The notes under the pieces were generated by a model that was given only the letters and a program-made list of their open reading frames with translations, was not told the origin of the DNA and did no database searches. From contig NC_081212.1 in assembly GCF_902713425.1 (NCBI RefSeq), forward strand, positions 10,100,261 through 10,164,260: DNA of 64,000 nucleotides. The letters run 5' to 3'. Origin of the DNA: Acipenser ruthenus (lineage: Eukaryota). Below are positions 36,136 to 49,876 of this stretch, in pieces. Position numbers and translations under genes: made by a program. How positions within the stretch are numbered: position 1 is the stretch's first letter; each line of letters opens with the position of its first letter.

Positions 36136-37148
36136 TTATCCCATCACTCCTATGTGCACCAAAGCAATGACGGTCTACACTTCAGTTCATATATAATCGG
36201 AATAAAATAATGGACTCTGTTGAATTGTGAGGCTGCAGTGTCGATAATATAAACCTCTACGTTTGAGGGATCATTTAACTGTACTGTATTATATAGCAGT
36301 AACTTGCCCACCGGCAAGTCAAATGTCTTTGCTGTAGGGGGTAGCATTTAGTTATCCCAAGTTCTGTAGCTTTGCGCAGTGGCAGTATCATAGCCCATGA
36401 GGTTTGTCCGAGGCGTGATTATTGCTAGTTGAAAACTTTAACCAATACCCCGCCGTGGTGACTTGAAATATAGTCGCCGCTGGCAATTTTTGACAGTCTC
36501 ACAGAGTCTGCTATCATGTAGTTGAAAGAACAGAACAAATGTTGACGCTTTGACATTCTGGGTTTGGTTTTGTATTCTACTGATTGGGCACAACATTTGA
36601 GTTGATCTTTTTACTCTTTATAACATACAAGTGTATTTACAAGGTTAGGGGCCGTTTCTCCTGTTGTGTCAATTATATTACTATGCAGCTGGCAGGCATT
36701 CGGAACGCGCACGCTAACAACGCGTCATCTTTCATTTTACAAAACACGGGGCATTCGACACGGAGAAAACCTTCTAGACAAATACTAAAAGAGCTAAACA
36801 TCAATTTGCCTCCCCAGCCATGTTAATAGATATCTGGCTTTTTTGCAGTAGCATTAAAGTTGTGGTGACACACGAAAAAGAAACATGGAAATCTGTTTTG
36901 GGGTTGGGGAGTTAACCTACCAAACAATTTACGCACATGAATATATCATGAAAACAGCCATGCATGGAGGTCATGGGAACTCTCCGTTCTATTGCTTTCC
37001 TTTCTCCCAGATATATCATGCACATTATGTAACTTCTCTTCAAAGGCAATTTTAGTATTCAGACTGTAGTTGCAAAAATAATACAATATCTTTTGACTAG
37101 AGTTCATCTTTTAAAAACAACTACTTTGCCAACAGAAGAAAAAAAGGC

Positions 37149-37221
37149 TAACAGAAGACGGTTTCGCTCCGTCGACCTCTGGGTTATAAGGCTCAGCACG
37201 CTTCCGCTGCGCCACTCTGAT
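37149..37221 (-). pseudogene. iMet-like tRNA relic
   Basis: As 6520 copy. Confidence 0.55.
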
Positions 37222-37357
37222 ACAGCTGCTTCTGGAATGAAACACCCATTAATAAAATAAAATAAATCAATCAATTCTCAGAGCAACTTTTTGACGCAGT
37301 CTGCTGCTGGACTCACAGAGAGCGGAGAAGACCGCAACAAAAAAACGAACAAGCACA

Positions 37358-37430
37358 TGTTTCCACCCGGTTTCGAACCGGGGACCTTTCGCGTGTTAGG
37401 CGAACGTGATAACCACTACACTATGGAAAC
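37358..37430 (-). tRNA. tRNA-Val(AAC)
   Basis: Canonical. Confidence 0.9.
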
Positions 37431-37557
37431 TTTCACATGTACATTGTTACATTCAGCTGGGCTTTAAGTGAAGACTGCCTTGCACTGCAGGATCCAAAAT
37501 GGGTAATCGGCACTGTATGCTTAGAGCGCAACACACGGATCATTTAATAAGCAACAT

Positions 37558-37630
37558 GTTTCCATAGTGTAGTGGTTATCACGTTCGCCTCACACGCGAA
37601 AGGTCCCCGGTTCGAAACCGGGTGGAAACA
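37558..37630 (+). tRNA. tRNA-Val(CAC)
   Basis: Canonical sequence. Confidence 0.9.
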
Positions 37631-38349
37631 CAGCACGGCATCTTTTTTTCACTGTATGTATTTATTCTCCCCAGGTAAACAGCCACCCAGACCAGAACGA
37701 TGTATTTGTAGTGTGCATGGTGCATTGTCAATGCAAGTCTGACTGTATATTAAACGGAGTGAGAATGCACTCTGCAACGTTTTGGCTTCGACTGCTGCTT
37801 GACTCACAGAAACGACAATGTTGATACTCTGACTCTTCTTCTTAAAATGCATTTTAAAATGCGGAATGTTTTCAAATTCCATGAATTCGCAGGTCTGTAC
37901 AGAACAAGACGACTATCTGGTCTCACAAAATGTTGCTGGTTCTCGTAGAACAAAGAAGAGTTTGATCAACTATGTCATTCATGCCGACAAAGCTCAGGAG
38001 GGCGATCGTTAGGTTGAATATCTAAATTTCCCGGGTTATATCCCGAGTTTCGACAGATGTCAGTTTATTCATATACCTACAGAATCACAGGTACAAATAT
38101 TGCAGTTAAAGTTTATGCTTTTCAAATCCGTGCACGAAAGGGGGTGCCCAAATCAGAATGAAAGTCACGGGGGGAGTAATCAAAACATCGCAAAAGAAAA
38201 ATACACTGCATTAAACAAATCATTTGGAGCGGTCTAAAATGAGCAATCCAGGTTCGATTCATTGTTTTGCCCTTTCGATGGCAGCAGTGTAAAAAAATGA
38301 CCTGCACATTTCTCTGCTGGCTTCGGGTAGCAAACAAGAAGCAGCGATT

Positions 38350-38422
38350 TCCCATATGATCTAGTGGTTACGATTCCCGTTTTTTCACCCAGGTGACCAG
38401 GGTTCAACTCCCTGTATGCGAA
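38350..38422 (+). pseudogene. tRNA-Glu(TTC)-like relic
   Basis: As 7718 copy. Confidence 0.55.
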
Positions 38423-39600
38423 TTCATTTATTTACTTGTGGAGGTAATTGTCAGATAAAAGGATTGAAAAATGAAACCCCACATTGTAGGATGGGGAGAC
38501 TTATAACTAGTGACCATTATATAAAAAAATAAATAACGTTTGCTTATGTTAGATGCAAGAGAGCGAGACAGATAGATTTGCATCTTGGTATCCCATCACT
38601 CCTATGTGCACCAAAGCAATGACGGTCTACACTTCAGTTCATATATAATCGGAATAAAAAAGTGGACTCTGTTGCATTGTGAGGCTGCAGTGTCGATAAC
38701 ATAAACCTCTACGTTTGAGGGATCATTTAACTGTACTGTATTATATCGCAGTAACTTGCCCACCGGCAAGTCAAATGTCTTTGCTGTAGGGGGTAGCATT
38801 TAGTTATCCCAAGTTCTGTAGCTTTGCGCAGTGGCAGTATCATAGCCCATGAGGTTTGTCCGAGGCGTGATTATTGCTAGTTGAAAACTTTAACCAATAC
38901 CCCGCCGTGGTGACTTGAAATATAGTCGCCGCTGGCAATTTTTGACAGTCTCACAGAGTCTGCTATCATGTAGTTGAAAGAACAGAACAAATGTTGACGC
39001 TTTGACATTCTGGGTTTGGTTTTGTATTCTACTGATTGGGCACAACATTTGAGTTGATCTTTTTACTCTTTATAACATACAAGTGTATTTACAAGGTTAG
39101 GGGCCGTTTCTCCTGTTGTGTCAATTATATTACTATGCAGCTGGCAGGCATTCGGAACGCGCACGCTAACAACGCGTCATCTTTCATTTTACAAAACACG
39201 GGGCATTCGACACGGAGAAAACCTTCTAGACAAATACTAAAAGAGCTAAACATCAATTTGCCTCCCCAGCCATGTTAATAGATATCTGGCTTTTTTGCAG
39301 TAGCATTAAAGTTGTGGTGACACACGAAAAAGAAACATGGAAATCTGTTTTGGGGTTGGGGAGTTAACCTACCAAACAATTTACGCACATGAATATATCA
39401 TGAAAACAGCCATGCATGGAGGTCATGGGAACTCTCCGTTCTATTGCTTTCCTTTCTCCCAGATATATCATGCACATTATGTAACTTCTCTTCAAAGGCA
39501 ATTTTAGTATTCAGACTGTAGTTGCAAAAATAATACAATATCTTTTGACTAGAGTTCATCTTTTAAAAACAACTACTTTGCCAACAGAAGAAAAAAAGGC

Positions 39601-39673
39601 TAACAGAAGACGGTTTCGCTCCGTCGACCTCTGGGTTATAAGGCTCAGCACGCTTCCGCTGCGCCACTCTGAT
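39601..39673 (-). pseudogene. iMet-like tRNA relic
   Basis: As 6520 copy. Confidence 0.55.
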
Positions 39674-39809
39674 ACAGCTGCTTCTCGAATGAAACACCCA
39701 TTAATAAAATAAAATAAATCAATCAATTCTCAGAGCAACTTTTTGACGCAGTCTGCTGCTGGACTCACAGAGAGCGGAGAAGACCGCAACAAAAAAACGA
39801 ACAAGCACA

Positions 39810-39882
39810 TGTTTCCACCCGGTTTCGAACCGGGGAACTTTCGCGTGTTAGGCGAACGTGATAACCACTACACTATGGAAAC
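39810..39882 (-). tRNA. tRNA-Val(AAC), variable-loop variant
   Basis: Canonical except the variable loop reads AGTTC instead of AGGTC (+ strand GGGGAACTTTCGCG). Confidence 0.75.
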
Positions 39883-40009
39883 TTTCACATGTACATTGTT
39901 ACATTCAGCTGGGCTTTAAGTGAAGACTGCCTTGCATTGCAGGATCCAAAATGGGTAATCGGCACTGTATGCTTAGAGCGCAACACACGGATCGTTTATT
40001 AAGCAACAT

Positions 40010-40082
40010 GTTTCCATAGTGTAGTGGTTATCACTTTCGCCTCACACGCGAACGGTCCCCGGTTCGAAACCGGGTGGAAACA
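40010..40082 (+). tRNA. tRNA-Val(CAC)
   Basis: G26T/A44C variant. Confidence 0.85.
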
Positions 40083-40801
40083 CAGCACGGCATATTTTTT
40101 TCACTGTATGTATTTATTCTCCCCAGGTAAACAGCCACCCAGACCAGAACGATGTATTTGTAGTGTGCATGGTGCATTGTCAATGCAAGTCTGACTGTAT
40201 ATTAAACGGAGTGAGAATGCACTCTGCAACGTTTTGGCTTCGACTGCTGCTTGACTCACAGAAACGACAATGTTGATACTCTGACTCTTCTTCTTAAAAT
40301 GCATGTTAAAATGCGGAATGTTTTCAAATTCCATGAATTCGCAGGTCTGTACAGAACAAGACGACTATCTGGTCTCACAAAATGTTGCTGGTTCTCGTAG
40401 AACAAAGAAGAGTTTGATCAACTATGTCATTCATGCCGACAAAGCTCAGGAGGGCGATCGTTAGGTTGAATATCTAAATTTCCCGGGTTATATCCCGAGT
40501 TTCGACAGATGTCAGTTTATTCATATACCTACAGAATCACAGGTACAAATATTGCAGTTAAAGTTTATGCTTTTCAAATCCGTGCACGAAAGGGGGTGCC
40601 CAAATCAGAATAAAAGTCACGGGGGGAGTAATCAAAACATCGCAAAAGAAAAATACACTGCATTAAACAAATCATTTGGAGCGGTCTAAAATGAGCAATC
40701 CAGGTTCGATTCATTGTTTTGCCCTTTCGATGGCAGCAGTGTAAAAAAATGACCTGCACATTTCTCTGCTGGCTTCGGGTAGCAAACAAGAAGCAGTGAT
40801 T

Positions 40802-40874
40802 TCCCATATGATCTAGTGGTTACGCTTCCCGTTTTTTCACCCAGGTGACCAGGGTTCAACTCCCTGTATGCGAA
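40802..40874 (+). pseudogene. tRNA-Glu(TTC)-like relic
   Basis: As 7718 copy. Confidence 0.55.
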
Positions 40875-41262
40875 TTCATTTATTTACTTGTGGAGGTAAT
40901 TGTCAGATAAAAGGATTGAAAAATGAAACCCCACATTGTAGGATGGGGAGACTTATAACTAGTGACCATTATATAAAAAAATAAATAACGTTTGCTTATG
41001 TTAGATGCAAGAGAGCGAGACAGATAGATTTGCATCTTGGTATCCCATCACTCCTATGTGCACCAAAGCAATGACGGTCTACACTTCAGTTCATATATAA
41101 TCGGAATAAAAAAGTGGACTCTGTTGCATTGTGAGGCTGCAGTGTCGATAACATAAACCTCTACGTTTGAGGGATCATTTAACTGTACTGTATTATATCC
41201 AAAATGGGTAATCGGCACTGTATGCTTAGAGCGCAACACACGGATCGTTTAATAAGCAACAT

Positions 41263-41335
41263 GTTTCCATAGTGTAGTGGTTATCACGTTCGCCTCACAC
41301 GCGAAAGGTCCCCGGTTCGAAACCGGGTGGAAACA
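41263..41335 (+). tRNA. tRNA-Val(CAC)
   Basis: Canonical sequence, in a 1.25-kb variant unit. Confidence 0.9.
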
Positions 41336-42053
41336 CAGCACGGCATATTTTTTTCACTGTATGTATTTATTCTCCCCAGGTAAACAGCCACCCAACCAGA
41401 ACGATGTATTTGTAGTGTGCATGGTGCATTGTCAATGCAAGTCTGACTGTATATTAAACGGAGTGAGAATGCACTCTGCAACGTTTTGGCTTCGACTGCT
41501 GCTTGACTCACAGAAACGACAATGTTGATACTCTGACTCTTCTTCTTAAAATGCATGTTAAAATGCGGAATGTTTTCAAATTCCATGAATTCGCAGGTCT
41601 GTACAGAACAAGACGACTATCTGGTCTCACAAAATGTTGCTGGTTCTCGTAGAACAAAGAAGAGTTTGATCAACTATGTCATTCATGCCGACAAAGCTCA
41701 GGAGGGCGATCGTTAGGTTGAATATCTAAATTTCCCGGGTTATATCCCGAGTTTCGACAGATGTCAGTTTATTCATATACCTACAGAATCACAGGTACAA
41801 ATATTGCAGTTAAAGTTTATGCTTTTCAAATCCGTGCACGAAAGGGGGTGCCCAAATCAGAATAAAAGTCACGAGGGGAGTAATCAAAACATCGCAAAAG
41901 AAAAATACACTGCATTAAACAAATCATTTGGAGCGGTCTAAAATGAGCAATCCAGGTTCGATTCATTGTTTTGCCCTTTCGATGGCAGCAGTGTAAAAAA
42001 ATGACCTGCACATTTCTCTGCTGGCTTCGGGTAGCAAACAAGAAGCAGTGATT

Positions 42054-42126
42054 TCCCATATGATCTAGTGGTTACGATTCCCGTTTTTTCACCCAGGTGA
42101 CCAGGGTTCAACTCCCTGTATGCGAA
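42054..42126 (+). pseudogene. tRNA-Glu(TTC)-like relic
   Basis: As 7718 copy. Confidence 0.55.
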
Positions 42127-42515
42127 TTCATTTATTTACTTGTGGAGGTAATTGTCAGATAAAAGGATTGAAAAATGAAACCCCACATTGTAGGATGGGG
42201 AGACTTATAACTAGTGACCATTATATAAAAAAAATAAATAACGTTTGCTTATGTTAGATGCAAGAGAGCGAGACAGATAGATTTGCATCTTGGTATCCCA
42301 TCACTCCTATGTGCACCAAAGCAATGACGGTCTACACTTCAGTTCATATATAATCGGAATAAAAAAGTGGACTCTGTTGCATTGTGAGGCTGCAGTGTCG
42401 ATAACATAAACCTCTACGTTTGAGGGATCATTTAACTGTACTGTATTATATCCAAAATGGGTAATCGGCACTGTATGCTTAGAGCGCAACACACGGATCG
42501 TTTAATAAGCAACAT

Positions 42516-42588
42516 GTTTCCATAGTGTAGTGGTTATCACGTTCGCCTCACACGCGAAAGGTCCCCGGTTCGAAACCGGGTGGAAACA
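42516..42588 (+). tRNA. tRNA-Val(CAC)
   Basis: Canonical sequence, in a 1.25-kb variant unit. Confidence 0.9.
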
Positions 42589-43307
42589 CAGCACGGCATC
42601 TTTTTTTCACTGTATGTATTTATTCTCCCCAGGTAAACAGCCACCCAGACCAGAACGATGTATTTGTAGTGTGCATGGTGCATTGTCAATGCAAGTCTGA
42701 CTGTATATTAAACGGAGTGAGAATGCACTCTGCAACGTTTTGGCTTCGACTGCTGCTTGACTCACAGAAACGACAATGTTGATACTCTGACTCTTCTTCT
42801 TAAAATGCATGTTAAAATGCGGAATGTTTTCAAATTCCATGAATTCGCAGGTCTGTACAGAACAAGACGACTATCTGGTCTCACAAAATGTTGCTGGTTC
42901 TCGTAGAACAAAGAAGAGTTTGATCAACTATGTCATTCATGCCGACAAAGCTCAGGAGGGCGATCGTTAGGTTGAATATCTAAATTTCCCGGGTTATATC
43001 CCGAGTTTCGACAGATGTCAGTTTATTCATATACCTACAGAATCACAGGTACAAATATTGCAGTTAAAGTTTATGCTTTTCAAATCCGTGCACGAAAGGG
43101 GGTGCCCAAATCAGAATGAAAGTCACGGGGGGAGTAATCAAAACATCGCAAAAGAAAAATACACTGCATTAAACAAATCATTTGGAGCGGTCTAAAATGA
43201 GCAATCCAGGTTCGATTCATTGTTTTGCCCTTTCGATGGCAGCAGTGTAAAAAAATGACCTGCACATTTCTCTGCTGGCTTCGGGTAGCAAACAAGAAGC
43301 AGCGATT

Positions 43308-43380
43308 TCCCATATGATCTAGTGGTTACGATTCCCGTTTTTTCACCCAGGTGACCAGGGTTCAACTCCCTGTATGCGAA
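43308..43380 (+). pseudogene. tRNA-Glu(TTC)-like relic
   Basis: As 7718 copy. Confidence 0.55.
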
Positions 43381-44559
43381 TTCATTTATTTACTTGTGGA
43401 GGTAATTGTCAGATAAAAGGATTGAAAAATGAAACCCCACATTGTAGGATGGGGAGACTTATAACTAGTGACCATTATATAAAAAAAATAAATAACGTTT
43501 GCTTATGTTAGATGCAAGAGAGCGAGACAGATAGATTTGCATCTTGGTATCCCATCACTCCTATGTGCACCAAAGCAATGACGGTCTACACTTCAGTTCA
43601 TATATAATCGGAATAAAAAAGTGGACTCTGTTGCATTGTGAGGCTGCAGTGTCGATAACATAAACCTCTACGTTTGAGGGATCATTTAACTGTACTGTAT
43701 TATATCGCAGTAACTTGCCCACCGGCAAGTCAAATGTCTTTGCTGTAGGGGGTAGCATTTAGTTATCCCAAGTTCTGTAGCTTTGCGCAGTGGCAGTATC
43801 ATAGCCCATGAGGTTTGTCCGAGGCGTGATTATTGCTAGTTGAAAACTTTAACCAATACCCCGCCGTGGTGACTTGAAATATAGTCGCCGCTGGCAATTT
43901 TTGACAGTCTCACAGAGTCTGCTATCATGTAGTTGAAAGAACAGAACAAATGTTGACGCTTTGACATTCTGGGTTTGGTTTTGTATTCTACTGATTGGGC
44001 ACAACATTTGAGTTGATCTTTTTACTCTTTATAACATACAAGTGTATTTACAAGGTTAGGGGCCGTTTCTCCTGTTGTGTCAATTATATTACTATGCAGC
44101 TGGCAGGCATTCGGAACGCGCACGCTAACAACGCGTCATCTTTCATTTTACAAAACACGGGGCATTCGACACGGAGAAAACCTTCTAGACAAATACTAAA
44201 AGAGCTAAACATCAATTTGCCTCCCCAGCCATGTTAATAGATATCTGGCTTTTTTGCAGTAGCATTAAAGTTGTGGTGACACACGAAAAAGAAACATGGA
44301 AATCTGTTTTGGGGTTGGGGAGTTAACCTACCAAACAATTTACGCACATGAATATATCATGAAAACAGCCATGCATGGAGGTCATGGGAACTCTCCGTTC
44401 TATTGCTTTCCTTTCTCCCAGATATATCATGCACATTATGTAACTTCTCTTCAAAGGCAATTTTAGTATTCAGACTGTAGTTGCAAAAATAATACAATAT
44501 CTTTTGACTAGAGTTCATCTTTTAAAAACAACTACTTTGCCAACAGAAGAAAAAAAGGC

Positions 44560-44632
44560 TAACAGAAGACGGTTTCGCTCCGTCGACCTCTGGGTTATAA
44601 GGCTCAGCACGCTTCCGCTGCGCCACTCTGAT
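44560..44632 (-). pseudogene. iMet-like tRNA relic
   Basis: As 6520 copy. Confidence 0.55.
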
Positions 44633-44768
44633 ACAGCTGCTTCGCGAATGAAACACCCATTAATAAAATAAAATAAATCAATCAATTCTCAGTGCAACTT
44701 TTTGACGCAGTCTGCTGCTGGACTCACAGAGAGCGGAGAAGACCGCAACAAAAAAACAAACAAGCACA

Positions 44769-44841
44769 TGTTTCCACCCGGTTTCGAACCGGGGACCTTT
44801 CGCGTGTTAGGCGAACGTGATAACCACTACACTATGGAAAC
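44769..44841 (-). tRNA. tRNA-Val(AAC)
   Basis: Canonical gene. The 3' flank carries a variant (AAAAAACAAACAAGC). Confidence 0.85.
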
Positions 44842-44968
44842 TTTCACATGTACATTGTTACATTCAGCTGGGCTTTAAGTGAAGACTGCCTTGCACTGCA
44901 GGATCCAAAATGGGTAATCGGCACTGTATGCTTAGAGCGCAACACACGGATCGTTTGTTAAGCAACAT

Positions 44969-45041
44969 GTTTCCATAGTGTAGTGGTTATCACGTTCGCC
45001 TCACACGCGAAAGGTCCCCGGTTCGAAACCGGGTGGAAACA
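44969..45041 (+). tRNA. tRNA-Val(CAC)
   Basis: Canonical sequence. Confidence 0.9.
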
Positions 45042-45761
45042 CAGCACGGCATATTTTTTTCACTGTATGTATTTATTCTCCCCAGGTAAACAGCCACCCA
45101 GACCAGAACGATGTATTTGTAGTGTGCATGGTGCATTGTCAATGCAAGTCTGACTGTATATTAAACGGAGTGAGAATGCACTCTGCAACGTTTTGGCTTC
45201 GACTGCTGCTTGACTCACAGAAACGACAATGTTGATACTCTGACTCTTCTTCTTAAAATGCATGTTAAAATGCGGAATGTTTTCAAATTCCATGAATTCG
45301 CAGGTCTGTACAGAACAAGACGACTATCTGGTCTCACAAAATGTTGCTGGTTCTCGTAGAACAAAGAAGAGTTTGATCAACTATGTCATTCATGCCGACA
45401 AAGCTCAGGAGGGCGATCGTTAGGTTGAATATCTAAATTTCCCGGGTTATATCCCGAGTTTCGACAGATGTCAGTTTATTCATATACCTACAGAATCACA
45501 GGTACAAATATTGCAGTTAAAGTTTATGCTTTTCAAATCCGTGCACGAAAGGGGGTGCCCAAATCAGAATGAAAGTCACGGGGGGGAGTAATCAAAACAT
45601 CGCAAAAGAAAAATACACTGCATTAAACAAATCATTTGGAGCGGTCTAAAATGAGCAATCCAGGTTCGATTCATTGTTTTGCCCTTTCGATGGCAGCAGT
45701 GTAAAAAAATGACCTGCACATTTCTCTGCTGGCTTCGGGTAGCAAACAAGAAGCAGCGATT

Positions 45762-45834
45762 TCCCATATGATCTAGTGGTTACGATTCCCGTTTTTTCAC
45801 CCAGGTGACCAGGGTTCAACTCCCTGTATGCGAA
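45762..45834 (+). pseudogene. tRNA-Glu(TTC)-like relic
   Basis: As 7718 copy. Confidence 0.55.
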
Positions 45835-47013
45835 TTCATTTATTTACTTGTGGAGGTAATTGTCAGATAAAAGGATTGAAAAATGAAACCCCACATTGTA
45901 GGATGGGGAGACTTATAACTAGTGACCATTATATAAAAAAAATAAATAACGTTTGCTTATGTTAGATGCAAGAGAGCGAGACAGATAGATTTGCATCTTG
46001 GTATCCCATCACTCCTATGTGCACCAAAGCAATGACGGTCTACACTTCAGTTCATATATAATCGGAATAAAAAAGTGGACTCTGTTGCATTGTGAGGCTG
46101 CAGTGTCGATAACATAAACCTCTACGTTTGAGGGATCATTTAACTGTACTGTATTATATCGCAGTAACTTGCCCACCGGCAAGTCAAATGTCTTTGCTGT
46201 AGGGGGTAGCATTTAGTTATCCCAAGTTCTGTAGCTTTGCGCAGTGGCAGTATCATAGCCCATGAGGTTTGTCCGAGGCGTGATTATTGCTAGTTGAAAA
46301 CTTTAACCAATACCCCGCCGTGGTGACTTGAAATATAGTCGCCGCTGGCAATTTTTGACAGTCTCACAGAGTCTGCTATCATGTAGTTGAAAGAACAGAA
46401 CAAATGTTGACGCTTTGACATTCTGGGTTTGGTTTTGTATTCTACTGATTGGGCACAACATTTGAGTTGATCTTTTTACTCTTTATAACATACAAGAGTA
46501 TTTACAAGGTTAGGGGCCGTTTCTCCTGTTGTGTCAATTATATTACTATGCAGCTGGCAGGCATTCGGAACGCGCACGCTAACAACGCGTCATCTTTCAT
46601 TTTACAAAACACGGGGCATTCGACACGGAGAAAACCTTCTAGACAAATACTAAAAGAGCTAAACATCAATTTGCCTCCCCAGCCATGTTAATAGATATCT
46701 GGCTTTTTTGCAGTAGCATTAAAGTTGTGGTGACACACGAAAAAGAAACACGGAAATCTGTTTTGGGGTTGGGGAGTTAACCTACCAAACAATTTACGCA
46801 CATGAATATATCATGAAAACAGCCATGCATGGAGGTCATGGAACTCTCCGTTCTATTGCTTTCCTTTCTCCCAGATATATCATGCACATTATGTAACTTC
46901 TCTTCAAAGGCAATTTTAGTATTCAGACTGTAGTTGCAAAAATAATACAATATCTTTTGACTAGAGTTCATCTTTTAAAAACAACTACTTTGCCAACAGA
47001 AGAAAAAAAAGGC

Positions 47014-47086
47014 TAACAGAAGACGGTTTCGCTCCGTCGACCTCTGGGTTATAAGGCTCAGCACGCTTCCGCTGCGCCACTCTGAT
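47014..47086 (-). pseudogene. iMet-like tRNA relic
   Basis: As 6520 copy. Confidence 0.55.
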
Positions 47087-47222
47087 ACAGCTGCTTCTCG
47101 AATGAAACACCCATTAATAAAATAAAATAAATCAATCAATTCTCAGTGCAACTTTTTGACGCAGTCTGCTGCTGGACTCACAGAGAGCGGAGAAGACCGC
47201 AACAAAAAAACGAACAAGCACA

Positions 47223-47295
47223 TGTTTCCACCCGGTTCCGAACCGGGGACCTTTCGCGTGTTAGGCGAACGTGATAACCACTACACTATGGAAAC
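47223..47295 (-). tRNA. tRNA-Val(AAC)-derived, T-loop A58G variant, possibly impaired
   Basis: The + strand reads CCCGGTTCCGAACCGGGG, so the T-loop is TTCGGAA instead of TTCGAAA. Conserved A58 and the B box are altered. Confidence 0.6.
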
Positions 47296-47422
47296 TTTCA
47301 CATGTACATTGTTACATTCAGCTGGGCTTTAAGTGAAGACTGCCTTGCACTGCAGGATCCAAAATGGGTAATCGGCACTGTATGCTTAGAGCGCAACACA
47401 CGGATCGTTTGTTAAGCAACAT

Positions 47423-47495
47423 GTTTCCATAGTGTAGTGGTTATCACGTTCGCCTCACACGCGAAAGGTCCCCGGTTCGAAACCGGGTGGAAACA
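47423..47495 (+). tRNA. tRNA-Val(CAC)
   Basis: Canonical sequence. Confidence 0.9.
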
Positions 47496-48214
47496 CAGCA
47501 CGGCATCTTTTTTTCACTGTATGTATTTATTCTCCCCAGGTAAACAGCCACCCAGACCAGAACGATGTATTTGTAGTGTGCATGGTGCATTGTCAATGCA
47601 AGTCTGACTGTATATTAAACGGAGTGAGAATGCACTCTGCAACGTTTTGGCTTCGACTGCTGCTTGACTCACAGAAACGACAATGTTGATACTCTGACTC
47701 TTCTTCTTAAAATGCATGTTAAAATGCGGAATGTTTTCAAATTCCATGAATTCGCAGGTCTGTACAGAACAAGACGACTATCTGGTCTCACAAAATGTTG
47801 CTGGTTCTCGTAGAACAAAGAAGAGTTTGATCAACTATGTCATTCATGCCGACAAAGCTCAGGAGGGCGATCGTTAGGTTGAATATCTAAATTTCCCGGG
47901 TTATATCCCGAGTTTCGACAGATGTCAGTTTATTCATATACCTACAGAATCACAGGTACAAATATTGCAGTTAAAGTTTATGCTTTTCAAATCCGTGCAC
48001 GAAAGGGGGTGCCCAAATCAGAATGAAAGTCACGGGGGGAGTAATCAAAACATCGCAAAAGAAAAATACACTGCATTAAACAAATCATTTGGAGCGGTCT
48101 AAAATGAGCAATCCAGGTTCGATTCATTGTTTTGCCCTTTCGATGGCAGCAGTGTAAAAAAATGACCTGCACATTTCTCTGCTGGCTTCGGGTAGCAAAC
48201 AAGAAGCAGTGATT

Positions 48215-48287
48215 TCCCATATGATCTAGTGGTTACGATTCCCGTTTTTTCACCCAGGTGACCAGGGTTCAACTCCCTGTATGCGAA
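48215..48287 (+). pseudogene. tRNA-Glu(TTC)-like relic
   Basis: As 7718 copy. Confidence 0.55.
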
Positions 48288-49467
48288 TTCATTTATTTAC
48301 TTGTGGAGGTAATTGTCAGATAAAAGGATTGAAAAATGAAACCCCACATTGTAGGATGGGGAGACTTATAACTAGTGACCATTATATAAAAAAAATAAAT
48401 AACGTTTGCTTATGTTAGATGCAAGAGAGCGAGACAGATAGATTTGCATCTTGGTATCCCATCACTCCTATGTGCACCAAAGCAATGACGGTCTACACTT
48501 CAGTTCATATATAATCGGAATAAAAAAGTGGACTCTGTTGCATTGTGAGGCTGCAGTGTCGATAACATAAACCTCTACGTTTGAGGGATCATTTAACTGT
48601 ACTGTATTATATCGCAGTAACTTGCCCACCGGCAAGTCAAATGTCTTTGCTGTAGGGGGTAGCATTTAGTTATCCCAAGTTCTGTAGCTTTGCGCAGTGG
48701 CAGTATCATAGCCCATGAGGTTTGTCCGAGGCGTGATTATTGCTAGTTGAAAACTTTAACCAATACCCCGCCGTGGTGACTTGAAATATAGTCGCCGCTG
48801 GCAATTTTTGACAGTCTCACAGAGTCTGCTATCATGTAGTTGAAAGAACAGAACAAATGTTGACGCTTTGACATTCTGGGTTTGGTTTTGTATTCTACTG
48901 ATTGGGCACAACATTTGAGTTGATCTTTTTACTCTTTATAACATACAAGTGTATTTACAAGGTTAGGGGCCGTTTCTCCTGTTGTGTCAATTATATTACT
49001 ATGCAGCTGGCAGGCATTCGGAACGCGCACGCTAACAACGCGTCATCTTTCATTTTACAAAACACGGGGCATTCGACACGGAGAAAACCTTCTAGACAAA
49101 TACTAAAAGAGCTAAACATCAATTTGCCTCCCCAGCCATGTTAATAGATATCTGGCTTTTTTGCAGTAGCATTAAAGTTGTGGTGACACACGAAAAAGAA
49201 ACATGGAAATCTGTTTTGGGGTTGGGGAGTTAACCTACCAAACAATTTACGCACATGAATATATCATGAAAACAGCCATGCATGGAGGTCATGGGAACTC
49301 TCCGTTCTATTGCTTTCCTTTCTCCCAGATATATCATGCACATTATGTAACTTCTCTTCAAAGGCAATTTTAGTATTCAGACTGTAGTTGCAAAAATAAT
49401 ACAATATCTTTTGACTAGAGTTCATCTTTTAAAAACAACTACTTTGCCAACAGAAGAAAAAAAAGGC

Positions 49468-49540
49468 TAACAGAAGACGGTTTCGCTCCGTCGACCTCTG
49501 GGTTATAAGGCTCAGCACGCTTCCGCTGCGCCACTCTGAT
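49468..49540 (-). pseudogene. iMet-like tRNA relic
   Basis: As 6520 copy. Confidence 0.55.
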
Positions 49541-49676
49541 ACAGCTGCTTCTCGAATGAAACACCCATTAATAAAATAAAATAAATCAATCAATTCTCAG
49601 TGCAACTTTTTGACGCAGTCTGCTGCTGGACTCACAGAGAGCGGAGAAGACCGCAACAAAAAAACGAACAAGCACA

Positions 49677-49749
49677 TGTTTCCACCCGGTTTCGAACCGG
49701 GGACCTTTCGCGTGTTAGGCGAACGTGATAACCACTACACTATGGAAAC
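49677..49749 (-). tRNA. tRNA-Val(AAC)
   Basis: Canonical. Confidence 0.9.
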
Positions 49750-49876
49750 TTTCACATGTACATTGTTACATTCAGCTGGGCTTTAAGTGAAGACTGCCTT
49801 GCACTGCAGGATCCAAAATGGGTAATCGGCACTGTATGCTTAGAGCGCAACACACGGATCGTTTGTTAAGCAACAT

